In this document: piece by piece, positions 41,538 through 58,656 of the stretch | Layout: each line of letters opens with the position of its first letter | How positions within the stretch are numbered: position 1 is the first letter of the stretch | Assembly (NCBI RefSeq): GCF_009914755.1 | Contig: NC_060926.1 | Direction: 5' to 3' (one strand) | Length of the DNA: 64,000 nt | From: the human T2T-CHM13v2.0 reference genome, Homo sapiens | Position numbers and translations under genes: made by a program | The notes under the pieces: generated by a model | The model's database searches: none | What the model was told of the DNA's origin: nothing | What the model saw: only the letters and a program-made list of their open reading frames with translations

Positions 41538-42238
41538 CTGCAATATTAAAAAAAAGGTAAGACATTTGGTAGCAATGATTTTGAATTTATCATATATTTT
41601 CTAGTTAATTTTCCTTGAGCAATCTGTCAATGTATCTATTCAGTCTCCTACCCTCCACAAAGGGAGAAAATCAACTTTAATTATTTTAAAATATTTGAAA
41701 TTGAAATAAAAATTTTAATGGAAAAATTTCAAATTCTTAATTCTGACACTATTTTGTGTCCAAGTGCTTTTTGCTACTTGGAATATTTTTAAATACTTAA
41801 AAAGCCACCCATAAATAGTTTATTTTTAACAACGCAATTTCTGGTGTTAGCTTCATTTCCTTAGACAATGGCTAACATCAGGATCCAAGTCTCATTTACC
41901 TAAATATTTGCTACATTCATAGCAATGTAGGAAATTTTTTTTTTTTAATTCAAGCAAGTAGTGAAAAGTACTGAAATGAAACTCATGAAAAGTATCATAA
42001 ATATTCTCTAAAAACTGACTTGGGGGCATATATCATCTACCTTTAAGTCTGAGAGTTTCAACAATGATAATGAGCTCCACCCAGTCCTTAACATGTCACA
42101 GTTTCATCTTGCTTTTTGATGCATACTGTATAATGCCTCAGAAATGGATGAGGGAGAACCATATAGAAAACTCAGGATTACAGTAAAAATTCAGTGTAAT
42201 ATTCATAAGCAGCTTTTTAGCTCTGGGATCAAGCTCTT

Positions 42239-42310
42239 CTAATCATTGAAACAGCCTTCAAAATAAAAATTCTTATTGAAACTCTTTTTTCGTACTTCTG
42301 TGTTATCTAA
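42239..42310 (-). CDS. C2CD6: C2CD6 probable alternative terminal exon (LDNTEVRKKSFNKNFYFEGCFND-stop)
   Basis: gctttttttAG acceptor at 42312-42311; 23 codons + TAG in phase 0; AATAAA at 41824-41819 on the minus strand. Confidence 0.65.
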   Translation of the reverse strand, partial: LDNTEVRKKSFNKNFYFEGCFND

Positions 42311-42672
42311 CTAAAAAAAGCAAAATGTGAAAGAATCAGCCTAGTATTTGTCTTATTTTATTTCAACTTAGTAGTTCAAAATTATTTTTAATGGATGCAA
42401 CTTATTGTAACTGGTTTTCAAATTCTAGTGGATACCAAGATGACAAATTAAGAATCCCCTTGGTTTTTTTTTTTTTTTTTTGAGAAATACAAATTCCCAG
42501 GTTCTGTTTCCAAGTTGAGATTCATTAGGTCAGAAGTGGACCTGGGAATGTGTATTTTTTACAGTAGCCAGGTGTTTCTAATGAGTAGCTTTTTAGAACT
42601 ATTGAATTAAAGTATTGAAGAAACCTAGTAATTAAGTATAATGATACTGGGATAGAATAATTCAGGACTCAC

Positions 42673-42747
42673 CTGAAATTTTGGTTTGAATTCTATATAT
42701 TCTGGTCTGAAAGATGGTGAATTATATTCTTTTGGTGAAAAAGCCAC
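42673..42747 (-). CDS. C2CD6: C2CD6 internal exon (VAFSPKEYNSPSFRPEYIEFKPKFQ)
   Basis: ctttttttataAG acceptor, 75 nt open, perfect CAG|GTGAGT donor. Confidence 0.9.
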
Positions 42748-43054
42748 CTTATAAAAAAAGAAGTTCTAATTTTAGATTACTTGTAATATAAGAATATCAA
42801 GATCATTTTATTCTTGCAATAGTTATTAGAGATATAAAATTTTTAAACCTAAATATTTTTATCATAACAACTATACCTTGCCAATTATGAAAGAAATCTA
42901 TATACATATTATATATGTGAAATATTGGATTCTTTGGTATTATAATAGTCACCCTATTGAATTTGTAAAGTCAAAATAATGCACAGCAACTTCAAGCAGA
43001 AACAAAAGTAAAAATAAAATAGAATTGTCAGAAGAAATGTAATCTGATTTTTAA

Positions 43055-43421
<367 letters not shown>

Positions 43422-44853
43422 TAGATAGCATTTTCAATGATTATCAACCTGTCACTGTTAAATGAATATTTAAAACTCCCTAAAGAAATCTAAATCAAGA
43501 TGTGTGGGAACAATTACAGGATCACAGAACCATTGAATTTTTAGAGATGGAAGTATTTTAGAGACAATCTAGTTCTAGTTCTTATTTTACACAGAATCTG
43601 AAGCTGAAGTTTCTTGTCCCAAGTTACCCAGATGACTAGTAGCTTAAATCCTAGGTGTCCAAAGTTTTCATTGGGTACTCAGTCCCCCACACAATCCAGA
43701 TAGCAGTGAGGGAGAATGAGTGGCTTTAGAAGCATCATAATGTGCATCCACACTGCCAACTCATACAGAGAGAAAACGTGACACATCTCTTCACAGAACA
43801 CTTGGTACTTCAAATGACTTTCCTATACATTATCTCCTTTAGTCTGTAGAGGGTTCACTATGGACTAAATTAATTAAAATAACAATTCAATGAGTAACAT
43901 TTTTATTAGAGATACTTTTAGGTTATTTTAAGGTTTAATTAACATTAAGCAGTTAATAAATGACCCTATTCTTAAAGCCTCAATGGCTTCCCACTCATTG
44001 TCCTCACATACCAACTCTATATTGTCTCTGCAAGTTGCTCAATATTTGCCAGTATCGTTCCTCTCCTTCAGCCAAATGTGTCTAACTCTGAATTCTTGAC
44101 ATACATCTTGTACTTCCATACCTATTCTTTTGTTCCTTTTGTTTTTCTTTGCTTAAATTTCTCCCAAATCTCTCTTAAACACAGTTTACGTTATAACATT
44201 TGAAGGCTCATTGCTTTAAATGAATAGAAAAATTTAAAAAAGAAACATGTATGATAAACAAGTGAAAGAACAAGTAGTAGAAAAATATAATTTCATTTTT
44301 GTAACAAAGCAAACAAAAAATTCCCCCTATTACAAGCATGGACAAATGTGTGAATGGATTCAAAATGCTTACATTGTTTTCACACGAAAGTAGCTCTGGA
44401 GGAGAGGAAGGAGGATGCTATTAACTTTTACTCCGTTTAACTGGGTATTATTGATTAGATGAACATATAATTCTTTCACAAATAAAAAGCTTCAGTAAAG
44501 TAATATTGGGGGAATGCTCTAGGTATTCATGTTAGGAAGCTAGGAAAAGACAATAAAACAAACCAATACCGGAGCTTCAAGATGGCAGACTGAACATGTG
44601 AGTCTACTCTCCTTTCTCCCAAGGTTCCAGTACATTAACAGAAAATATTATTTCAAAAAGAAAGAACCATGGCAATACTAGAAATCAGTAAGGTGAGCTA
44701 CCAGGATCTAGAACTTTGAGAAAATACAGAAAATATGAGAGCAGATATAATTGACTTAATGGAAAAACCCAATCAGAAAAACCATAACCTTAAACAATAG
44801 TTATTAGAGATGTAAAATCAGGGGGGTCTGAGAAGCAATACATTCCAAGTCAG

Positions 44854-45438
44854 TGTATTAATCAGGGTTCTCCAGAGGGACAGAACCAACAGGATATATG
44901 TATATATAAAAGGGAGTTTATTAGGAAGAATAGCGCACACGATTACACAGTGAATTCCCGCAATAGGCTATCTGCAAGCTGGAGAAAGAGAGAAGCCAGT
45001 AGTGGCTCAATCCAAGTTCAAAAGACTCAAAACCAGGGGAGCCAACAGTGCAACCCTCAGTCTGTAGCTGAATGCCCCAAAGCCCCCTGGAGACTGCTAC
45101 TGCAAGTCCCAGAGTCCAAAGGCCGAAAAACCTGGAGTCTGATGTCCCAGGGCAGGAGGAGAGGAAGCAAAGCATCTGGCAAGGGAAGAGGGAGTGAGCC
45201 AGAAGACTCAGCAAGCAAGCTCATCCCTCCTTCCTCTGTCTGCTTTGTTCTAGCTGAGCTGGCACTGACTGGACAGTGCCCACCCACATTGAGGGTGGGT
45301 TTTCCTCTCCCAGTCCACCACCTCAAATGTCAGTCTCCTCTGGCAACACCCTCACAGACACACCCAGAAACAATACTTTTCTAGCCCTCTAGTCATCTCT
45401 CAATCCAGTTAAGTTGACACCTAATATTAACCATCACA
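44854..45438 (-). mobile_element. MLT2A2/MLT2B-like solo LTR, complete
   Basis: TG...CA termini; 5-bp TSD gtcag/ctcag. Confidence 0.88.
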
Positions 45439-46292
45439 CTCAGCATACACAAAGAAAATCAGATCATGGGAATGTCCATAGTTATTAAAGAGCTGCATTT
45501 GGAAAAGCTGGACCTCTTGGACCCTTCGTTATCACCCCTCTCTTTCTCTGTGCACACAGAGCAAACACTGCTGGCAGCACTGTCTTTTCCCAGTCACTCT
45601 CCCAAACATCAAAAAACCATTCTCTAAGGAGAATATGGCATATTCCTAAGCAGAGATATAAGTTTTGGGCCTTGACAGGGAAGCAGAGTAACGATTGCTG
45701 AGACTCACACTTCCAAATTAGATACCTAAAAGGGGATTTGAAAAAAAGGAAAGGGAGTTCCATCCAGGAAACACACTGGTTCTTTGGAAATGTAGAGTCC
45801 TCAGCCATCCTACCTGCCATCTTCCATCCCCACACACCCTCCAGGGAAGCCTGCCCAGCACATAGACAGAGTATACCTATATAATCAACATACCCCTCCA
45901 TTTATAAACATAAAATGAAGTTTACCATATATATGAGAAAAATTGATACATGTAAGTGAAGAATCAATAAGAACAAATGGAACTAACTCCAGCATAAATA
46001 GAAATATTTCTGACAAATGTAGGAGGAGGGTGACCCTTGGAAAAGATTCTAAATAGCTCAGAGATATTCAAGAGGATATTGAGTTCTCTTTAGCTGTATG
46101 ATAATTATCTCAAATTTAATGTATATAAAATACAATTTTAGATTAGGCACCACACTCCCAAAAAAGAAAACCCTTAGCTTTTCTGTTTTTCCTCTTCTCA
46201 GTTGATGATGCATCTATCTCTGGAATTGTTAGGCCAGAAACCTAAGGGTTTTTATTCCTCTCCTTCTCCTTTCCATAACTAATCCAGCATTA

Positions 46293-46617
<325 letters not shown>

Positions 46618-47010
46618 TTATATATATATATAATTTATATATTAATATATATTGAGTATATAATATATATAATTTATATATGATATATATATATCCAATC
46701 ACTTTTTCCCATCAACCCCCCTACTACTATAGAACAAGCCACCATCATGTTTCCCCAAGCAGTGGTATCCTAAGTAGTCTCTTGATTCCTGTGACAGAAA
46801 ATGCTAGTTGCCTTCCTAAAATGTATTATCTCAAGAACTTACATTTTTTTAAGGGGCAGAAATGTCCCCTATCAAAAGAGCTACATCTTCTAGCCTCCTT
46901 TGCAGACAGGAGTGGCCATGTGACAAAATTTTGGCCAACTAGACATAATTGGAAGTTGTTGAGAGAGTATCTTAACTCTCTCTTCTGAGTGTCTTAAAAC
47001 AGAGGCCGAC

Positions 47011-47524
<514 letters not shown>

Positions 47525-47649
47525 TTAAGGCACTGTTTCTAAGTTTTTGTTACTCATGCTTAACATGTTACTCATGATTAACTCATGTTAAATCATGTTT
47601 AACATGATTCTTAACTGAAAAACTTCTACACATACTGAAATTTATTCTT

Positions 47650-48670
<1,021 letters not shown>

Positions 48671-49053
48671 TCTCTTGACCCAGTTATCTGTGGATTTTTA
48701 GTCCCCAGATAGCTTTTATGAATACTGCTCACTGCTTTTCCTGCCCTCATTCCATGTTATGTGAGATAGAGACAAGCAAGTCCATCCTTCAGGTATCCTC
48801 CAGCCAGCTTAGAACGGACATATACAATAATTTGCAAATAAAACTATGTTCCCTCCAGTTCCATAAAGGGAATTGGGAACTAGGCTTCTGCTGCTCAAGA
48901 CCAACAGTGCTGCTGTACTTAGGAGCAGATGAAAGGGTGAATACAAACTCCAAAAAACGTTTCTACTGTTTTGAACATGAATTCTAGGTGAACAGGTTTC
49001 ATTTTCTTTCATTACTATAAAGATGTCACTCCATAGTCTTCTGCCTTTCATAG

Positions 49054-49369
<316 letters not shown>

Positions 49370-50039
49370 GTCTGTTTTTATTTGTTCCTCTGTAAATATT
49401 TCTTATTTAAATCTGTAAATAATGTGCCTTTTGCCCCTCTGAGTAAAGGTTTCTCTTTATCATTGATTCTTAGTAATGTGATTATTAGCATGGTTTTCTT
49501 TAGGTTCATTCCCTTGGAATCTATTGAGCTTCTCAGATATGTGGGTTTATAGTTTTCATCAAACTTAAAAATATTTTGACCATTTTCTTCAAATCATTTT
49601 TCAGTTCCCCTCCCAGACTCCAGTTACATGTGTGTTATACCACTTTGTATTTTCACATGTTAGTGATACTGTGTTGTTTTTTTTTTCTATTTGTGTTTCA
49701 TTTTTGTGTAGCTCCTAATCCTCTGTCTTCAGGTTCAGTGATCTTATCTTCTGCAGCATCTAATATGTTGTTAATCTCTTAAAGGTTACTATTTCAGATA
49801 TTTTTTATCTCTAAAAATTCCTTTGGGGTTAATTATACCCTCTATTTTTTTCCTCATCATACTCACGTTTCCTCTACCTTCTTGAACGTATGAACTATAT
49901 TTATAATGGCTCTCTTAACATTCTGTTCTATCATTGATGTCATTTCAGGATCTTTTTCTATTATTTGATTTTTCCCTACATAATGAGTCATATTTTATTG
50001 CTTTTTTATATGCCCAGTATTTTTTAAAAATACATTTTA

Positions 50040-50475
50040 TTATTTCATTGTTTAGACACTAGGTCTCACTATGTTGCTCAGTCTGGATTCAAACCCCAGG
50101 GCTCAAATGATCTTCCTGCTTGAGCCTCCTGAGTAGCTGGGACTTCAGGCACACATTGCTGGTATACCTGGTAATTTTAAAATTTAACTTAAGAGACAGA
50201 GTCTCACTCTGTTGCCCAAGTGGGAGTGCAGTTGCAAAATCAGCTCACTGTAGCCTCTAACTCCTGGGCTCAAGTGATCCTACTGCCTCAGCCTTCTGAG
50301 TAGCTGGAACTATAGGGGGGCACCACCACACCTGGCTAATTTTAAAAATTTATTTTGTAGACACAGGGTCTTGCTTTGTTACCCAGGCTGGTCTTGAATT
50401 CCTGACCTTAAGCAATCCTCCTACCTCAGCCTCCCAAAGTCCTGGGATTGCAGGTGTGAGCCACTGTGCCTGGCC
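50040..50475 (-). mobile_element. Alu monomer plus AluJ-like element
   Basis: Antisense Alu similarity; TSD acctggtaa. Confidence 0.85.
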
Positions 50476-51087
50476 GAACACCTGGTAACATTGTATTGAA
50501 TGTTAGGAATTGTGGATTTTATGTTGTTGATTGATAAATTTTTTTTTCTTTCTTTTAAATCGTTTTGAATTTGCTCTTATGCACATTTAAATTACTTGGA
50601 ATTAGTTGGGTTCTTTTAAGATTTATTGCATAGAAGGTTGTCTAGAGAAACTTTTAGTGGAGCTTTAGAAGGGGCTGATTTAGCCTCTCTACAAAGGTGA
50701 TACCCTTCTAAGGATTCTACTTACTCTCATGTGTTATGAGTCTTTCCACTCTGGCTGATGAGAATATGGAATTATTGGAAGTCCTGTGTGAGTACCTATA
50801 ATTTTCTACCTTATCTTTCCAGTGGTTCTTTTCCTTGCTTTCAGTAATTTTCTGCTTAGATCAGTATTCAGCCAAAGACTCCAGAGGAACTTCTTTACAG
50901 TTATCTGGAGCTTTCTTGCTGCTGTAGTTTTTTCTCTTCTGGTACCCTACCAGTTCGCCTCTGTCTGCTAAATTTCAGACTCTATCTCCTCAACCCAATG
51001 AGATCTCCAAGTTCTGTTTGGCTTCCCGCTCCTGTGCTGCTGCCTTCAGGCAGTAAACTAGTACAATTATAAGGCTCACTTTGTCCC

Positions 51088-51865
51088 TGTAGTGAACTCT
51101 TCAATTTTATGTTGCCTTGACATCCATTTTGAATACAAGTTTAAATTTCTCATACCAGAAATAGAGCTTGGTCACTCTTGACACAGTTTTCAATTCTATA
51201 CCATGCCCAAATAGCTCAAGATGGCGGCCAGAGATTAGAACTCAGAGGCATCTCTCCTACCTGGCAGACTGAGTTCCCTGCTTTCGCACCACTTCCTTTA
51301 AATGGACCATTCAGGAATTTACCCACAAACTTAAAGTGACCCATGCCCTATTCTCTGTCACATGCTCTTCTCTCTCTCTCTGTCTGACTTTTCATTCCTG
51401 CTTCTCATGACCCAGGGACTGACGGACTGCCCTCCTGACTCACTGTGCCCTCCTTGCCCAGGATCTATAAGTAAAAAATCTTTGAACTTGTTTCCTATTG
51501 TGGTGGTATGCAAAATTTGCACCTTCCATCTGAAGAACTAGGGGCTATTCCATGCCAGGTTTTCCCTGGGATGCTGGAGGGAACATAAGGTAAGGTTCCT
51601 AGTGCCAGTGTACTGGTCAGGAGAAATAAAGTGGACACAAGTCAGAGAAGAGATAAAGGGCATCTGCTAGTATAAACAAGTTTCCTGTGTAAAGGACCCC
51701 CTGGTCTCAGATTACTAGGCATTAGGCCATCTGCCAGGTAAAAGAAATATTCTGTGAAGGCACACTGTAAACACCCATATCCAGTTCTCCTTCATTTCCT
51801 GCTAGGGTAGGGTTACTAGTCACCCTGGTACTGGAACACCAATTTAGCTGGGGGCTCCCCAAATG
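51088..51865. mobile_element. Probable ERV1-class solo LTR (family not identified)
   Basis: TGT start, AGTAAA-type polyA element, LTR-like composition; interrupts an L1 remnant. Confidence 0.5.
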
Positions 51866-51870
51866 GTTCA

Positions 51871-52177
<307 letters not shown>

Positions 52178-52763
52178 TAAGCAATCAGTCATATGCTGCC
52201 TTTTTCCCTAGTGTCATCCTGTGCTATCATCAATCTCTGATAGGATGCACTGAGAAGGGCACTTCACCACTGATGTATTTTTTCCAAAAACTCAGAATGC
52301 AAACATAATAATGGAAAAAACATCAGACAAACACAGATTGGGGACATTCTGCAGGATACCTGGCTAGTGCTCATCAAGATTGTCAAAGTCATGTTAAAAA
52401 CAACAACAACAACAACAAAACAAGGAAAATCAGAAAAACTGTCAAAAACCAGAGGAAACTGGAGAGTCATGACAACAAAATGCAATGTAGTACTCTGTAC
52501 TGAATCTTGAGACACAAAGAGTATATTAATGGAAAAATTGGACAAATTCAGTCTGGATTTAGGTAATAGTAACGTACTAATGTTGGTTTCTTAGTTTTGG
52601 CAAATGTACTATGGTAATGTAAGATGTTAACAATGGAAGAAAGTGGATGAGGGGTATATAGGAACTCTCTAATATCTTTACAAGTGTTCTGTAAATCTAC
52701 AGTTATTCCAAAATTAAAAGGTTATTTTAAAAAACTAATCTACTTATAAAAAAGCACAAAGCC

Positions 52764-53149
<386 letters not shown>

Positions 53150-53227
53150 CTAAATAAGTTATAGCAAATTCTGTGTAGTATAACCCAGGAGGAATTATAT
53201 GGGAATACAAAGATGGTTCAACATTAG

Positions 53228-53630
<403 letters not shown>

Positions 53631-54455
53631 CAATCAACCTTATTCTTGATTTTCAAATAAATCTTCTAACAAACTAGGAATAGGATTAAAAAAGTGCTTT
53701 CCTACCTCATGCATTGCACTTAAAATTGAGACACTAATAGAATATTCATCAGAATCTGTAACAAGAATGCCTTTTCTTACTGCTGCTGTCCAATACTGCT
53801 TAATAGTTTAGCCAAGATTAGAAAAAGAAACAACAGGTAGAAATATTAGAAGTCAGGAAACAAAACTGTGCTTAATGGATGACATGATCACTTATCTTTA
53901 AAAAAATTCAAGAGAACTGAAAAATTAAGAATAACAGAGTTTAGCAAAGTGAACCAATATAAAATCAACATACAAATATATACACGGTATTATATAACAC
54001 TATGTCCAAATATTGCCTGAAAAATATAATCTTAAAAAGATCCCATTCACGTTTACATCAGAAACTATCCAATACTAAAGAATCAATCTAATAAGAAATG
54101 AACAGGAGCTATGAAATATTAATAAAGAAAATAGAGGTTACTGAATTTTCCTGGATGCAAATTTTGTAAATATATCAAACTATACCAATCTATAATTCAA
54201 TGCAACCCCAATTAAAATCTCAGAGTTATAGAACTTGCCAAGATGATTCTAATACTTCATCAATAAGAATTTATAAGAATTACCAAGAAAATGATGAAAA
54301 AGCAGATATGTGTGTTCCCTGCCAATATTAAATGAATTTAAAGTTATAGTAAGTAATGTTGTATAGTAATGTCATAGAAATAGGCAAAATTAATGGAACA
54401 GAATACTGAAACAGCTCATGTACATAAGGAAATTAGCATATAATAATTAGCATGT

Positions 54456-54834
54456 TGTATTAGTCCATTTGCACACAACTATAAAGAACTACCTGAAACT
54501 GGGTAATTTATGAAGAAAAGAGGTTTAATTGACTCACAGTTCCACAGACTTAACAGGAAGCATGACTGGGGGGGCCTCAGGAAACTTCGAATCATGGTGG
54601 GAGGTGAAGGGGAAGCAAGGCCTTCTTCACATGGTGGCAGGAGAGAGAGCAAGCAAAGGGGGAAGTGTCACACACTTTCAAACAACCAGATCTTGTGAGA
54701 ACTCACTCACTGTCACCAGAACAAGGGGGAAGTCCACCGCCATGATTCAGTCACCTCCCACCAAGCCCCTCCCCCGACGTGGGGATTACAATTCAAGATG
54801 AGATTTGGGTGGGACACAAAATCAAACCACATCA
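54456..54834 (-). mobile_element. THE1D/MSTA-type MaLR solo LTR
   Basis: tgtattagtcc...aaaccacatca; exact TSD catgt. Confidence 0.9.
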
Positions 54835-55219
54835 CATGTTAAATTAGCATAGGATAAATGTTGAATTTCAAAGCAGCAGGAAAAGATGAGCTATATAGTC
54901 AAGACTCATTTGCAAATTATAGAAACTAACATAAGTTTAAGAATAAATGTATCTGGGCTGACACAAATAGATTTATTATCTTGCTCCAAAGAATAAAAGC
55001 CTTTTATGTAAACTGAGAGAACTATAGGACAATATGACATAGTCAAAGGGTGCCAAAGGCAGGAATTTTCTAATTTTATAGGTACAAGAAACTGTTTAAA
55101 GTACTAAATGCAGTTAATTATTTAAATTAGTTGACTTAAAAATTATATAAATGAAGATGTCAAAGTTCAAACTTGAAGTAATTACAGAAAGACAGACTGC
55201 ATTTCCTACAATTGTGGTT

Positions 55220-56280
55220 TTTTTCCATTTTATTTTTTATTGTGGTAAAAAGCACATAACATTAATTTTACAATGTTAACCATTTTTTAAATGTACAGTT
55301 CAATAGTGTTAAGTATATTCACATTGTTGTGCAACAGATCTCAAAAATTTGTTCATCTGGCAAAACTGAAACCCAGCTGGGTGTGGCGGCCCATGCCTAT
55401 AATCCTAGCACTTTGGGAGGCCGAGGTGGAAGGATGGCTTGAGCCTCAGAGTTTGAGGCTGCAGTGAGCCATGATCGCACTCATAATCTCCACTCCAGTG
55501 GCATTGTGAAGTATTTGTCCTTTCGTGATGGGCTCATTTCACTTAGCATAATTCCTCAAAGTTCATCCATGCTCTAGCATGTGACGAGATTTCTTTTTTT
55601 TTTTTAAGGTTGAATAACATTCCATTGTATTTATATACCACAGTTTCCTTATCTGTTCATCTAAGGATATCTGTGATGTTTCTACCTCTTGGGTATTGTG
55701 AATAATGTTGCAGTAAACATGGGTGTGCGAAATTTCTTCAAGGTCCTGTTTTGAATTCTTTTAGATATATACCCAGAAATAGGTATGTATCTATGTATCA
55801 GAAATAGGATCACATGATAATTCTATTTTTAATATTTTGAGGCACCTCCATGTTGTTTTCCATAGTGGCTGCATCATTTTACATTTCCACCAACAGTGCA
55901 CAAGGGTTCCAATTTCTCCACATCCTCACCAACACGTTATTTTCTTTTCTTTTGATAGAGGCCATCCCAGTGGGTGGGAGGTGATAATTCACTGTGGTTT
56001 TGATTGGCATTTGTCTTATGATTTGTAATGTTGAGCATCTTTTCATATGCTTATTGGCCATTTGTATAGCTTCTTTGGAGAACTCTCCATTTTTTAACTG
56101 TGTTGTTTTTTGTTGGTGTTGAGTTGTAGAAGTTCCTTATATATTCTGGATATTAACCCCTTATCAGATATATGATTTGCAAATGTTCGCTACCATTCCA
56201 TGGATTACCTTTTTACTCTATTGTTTCCTTGATGCAAGAAGTTTTTAAGTTTGATGTAGTCCCACTTGTCTATTTTTACA
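55220..56280 (-). mobile_element. L1MB-type 3' fragment with a short Alu piece (55375-55480)
   Basis: Antisense L1 3' UTR and ORF2 end (ORF 55879..56061). Confidence 0.8.
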
Positions 56281-56935
56281 TTCAGTTTTAAATGCTCTGA
56301 AACTTAGACCCCTCAAACCACTTCTGGATAAAGACTTTACCAGTTTTCTCATGAAAAGAGATAAGATATCTATACTAAAACCATGTTCTATTTGTCACTT
56401 AAGTGGAAACTCCAAATAGTGTTATTTTACATAGTAAATTATGTGATTAAAAACAATTATTTACTTTTCATTATTTTCATGCTTAGAAATTTTACTATCT
56501 TATTTTTCTTCTCAAAATATTTGTTAATTTTTAAATGAATCTATTTGTCATTCATTCACTTATTAAGTAATTATTTAACAAAAATATGGAGCAGCTATTA
56601 TAAACCAGGCACTCTCCCAAGTTTTAGATCACAACTGTTCTCTCCTTCCATTCCTTACTCCCCAAATGGGGTAACCTTTAAGTACAATCAACCCTAATAT
56701 ATAATATATACATTTAATTTTAAAGATATCGCTGCATTTTATGAAGTTTGCCTTAGAAATAATATACTTTATTTTAAATAGGAAATACAGTGGCTCATTT
56801 AACTAGGAATTCTAAGGGATGGGCATGGCTGGCTCCAGGGACTTAATGTGATCAGGACACTCTCTCTCCATGTTGGCTTTTACAGGCATTCTCTCTTCAT
56901 CTGGTAGGAAATTACCACTGCTAGCTCTTGGTTTA

Positions 56936-57277
<342 letters not shown>

Positions 57278-58620
57278 TTAAATTATATGCTCATCCTTGT
57301 AGCCTCTGAGGCAGTGTCAAGACTGCTAACCACACTAGGGATTGGGGCTGGGACAGGGGTGAAACCCTCAGGAAGGGATGCTGACAGACAAGAATAAGTT
57401 GACTATAGGGAAAAGGTAATAAATTGCATTGAGACAATTGCCTATCCATTTCAGCAAAGATATTGGTAAGTTCTTACGTCATATTAAAAAAAATCATAGA
57501 TAGATTAAATAGTTAAACATAAAAACCATATGCTATAAAAGTACTAGAAAAACATATAGGAGAATACTGACATAACCTAAGGACCTTCTAAACAAGATAT
57601 AAACCAACAGCCAAAAAGGAAAAGGTGTTGAATTTGACCACATAGATGTTTAAAAATACCTTTGACCTCAAAGAAGTTAAAAAACATAAATAGCAAACAG
57701 CATAGATAATGTATTGTTATCCAAAACATATAAAGCATTTTCACATGTAAGTAAGCAAACACAACCCGACTTGTAAATATGGGCAGAGATTATAAACAAA
57801 TAACAGAACTACAAATAGATAATAAACACATGAAAATTGTTCACTCATTAATAATCAGGAAAATGCAAATTAAAGTATCAGTGGACTATTATTTTGTGCA
57901 TCAAATTCTTAAAAACGAAAATGTGAGTGTGGGATGAGTACTTTCTAGCGTTTTGATGCAAATGCAAATTAGCATATCTATTTTAAAGCATAATCTGGCA
58001 GTATCAAAATAAATACGCTTGTACCCTCTGATCCAACGATTCTACTTTTCGTACTTATCCTATACTTACACAGGTGAGTAAAGTTAATACTTACCGTTTA
58101 GCAAGTGTCTATTATGTTCCAAGCCCTTTAAAATTCTTTGAAAGAGGTGATAGGTAGTATACTCATTTTGCAGATGAGAAAACTGAAACTCAGATGTAAA
58201 CTGCCCAAAGTTATAGGACCATGGAAGAATCTGGATTTAAACCTAAATATTTCTGCCTGTAAAATCCAAGGTCTTTTTACTGTATCATACGAGTTCTCTT
58301 ACTACCACCAAACGCTACCTTTCATTGCTAAGTAAAATTAATTTCCCCATCTCTCCTCACCTTTTTTTCATCCTGACTTTTGGGGAAATGATTTAGGGTC
58401 CAGTCACTGTCAGGGTTTAAGTAAAAGCTAATTAAGCTATATCTTGAAAGGCTTAATTTATGAACGGGCTCTAAAAATGTGAAGGAACTATTGAAAGACT
58501 GTCACCTGAATCAGCTATGAGTTGAAAGAGATGTTATCAGTCCTTTCCAATTCAGATTTAGTACTCCAGAAGTTTGCCTCAAAATACTGCATTTCTATAA
58601 CACACTGTCTACCTTGGCTC

Positions 58621-58623
<3 letters not shown>

Positions 58624-58652
<29 letters not shown>
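58624..58652 (+). repeat. Poly(A) run of about 29 nt with no adjacent recognisable SINE/LINE body
   Basis: Direct. Confidence 0.85.

Positions 58653-58656
<4 letters not shown>

Noticed and set aside
37929-41543. 1204-aa ORF as a standalone intronless gene
   Set aside because: It starts at TTG within a splice acceptor and has phase-matched splice sites and neighbouring exons, so it is an internal C2CD6 exon
46618-46693. AT-rich self-complementary tract as a functional element
   Set aside because: Ordinary low-complexity outgrowth of an Alu tail
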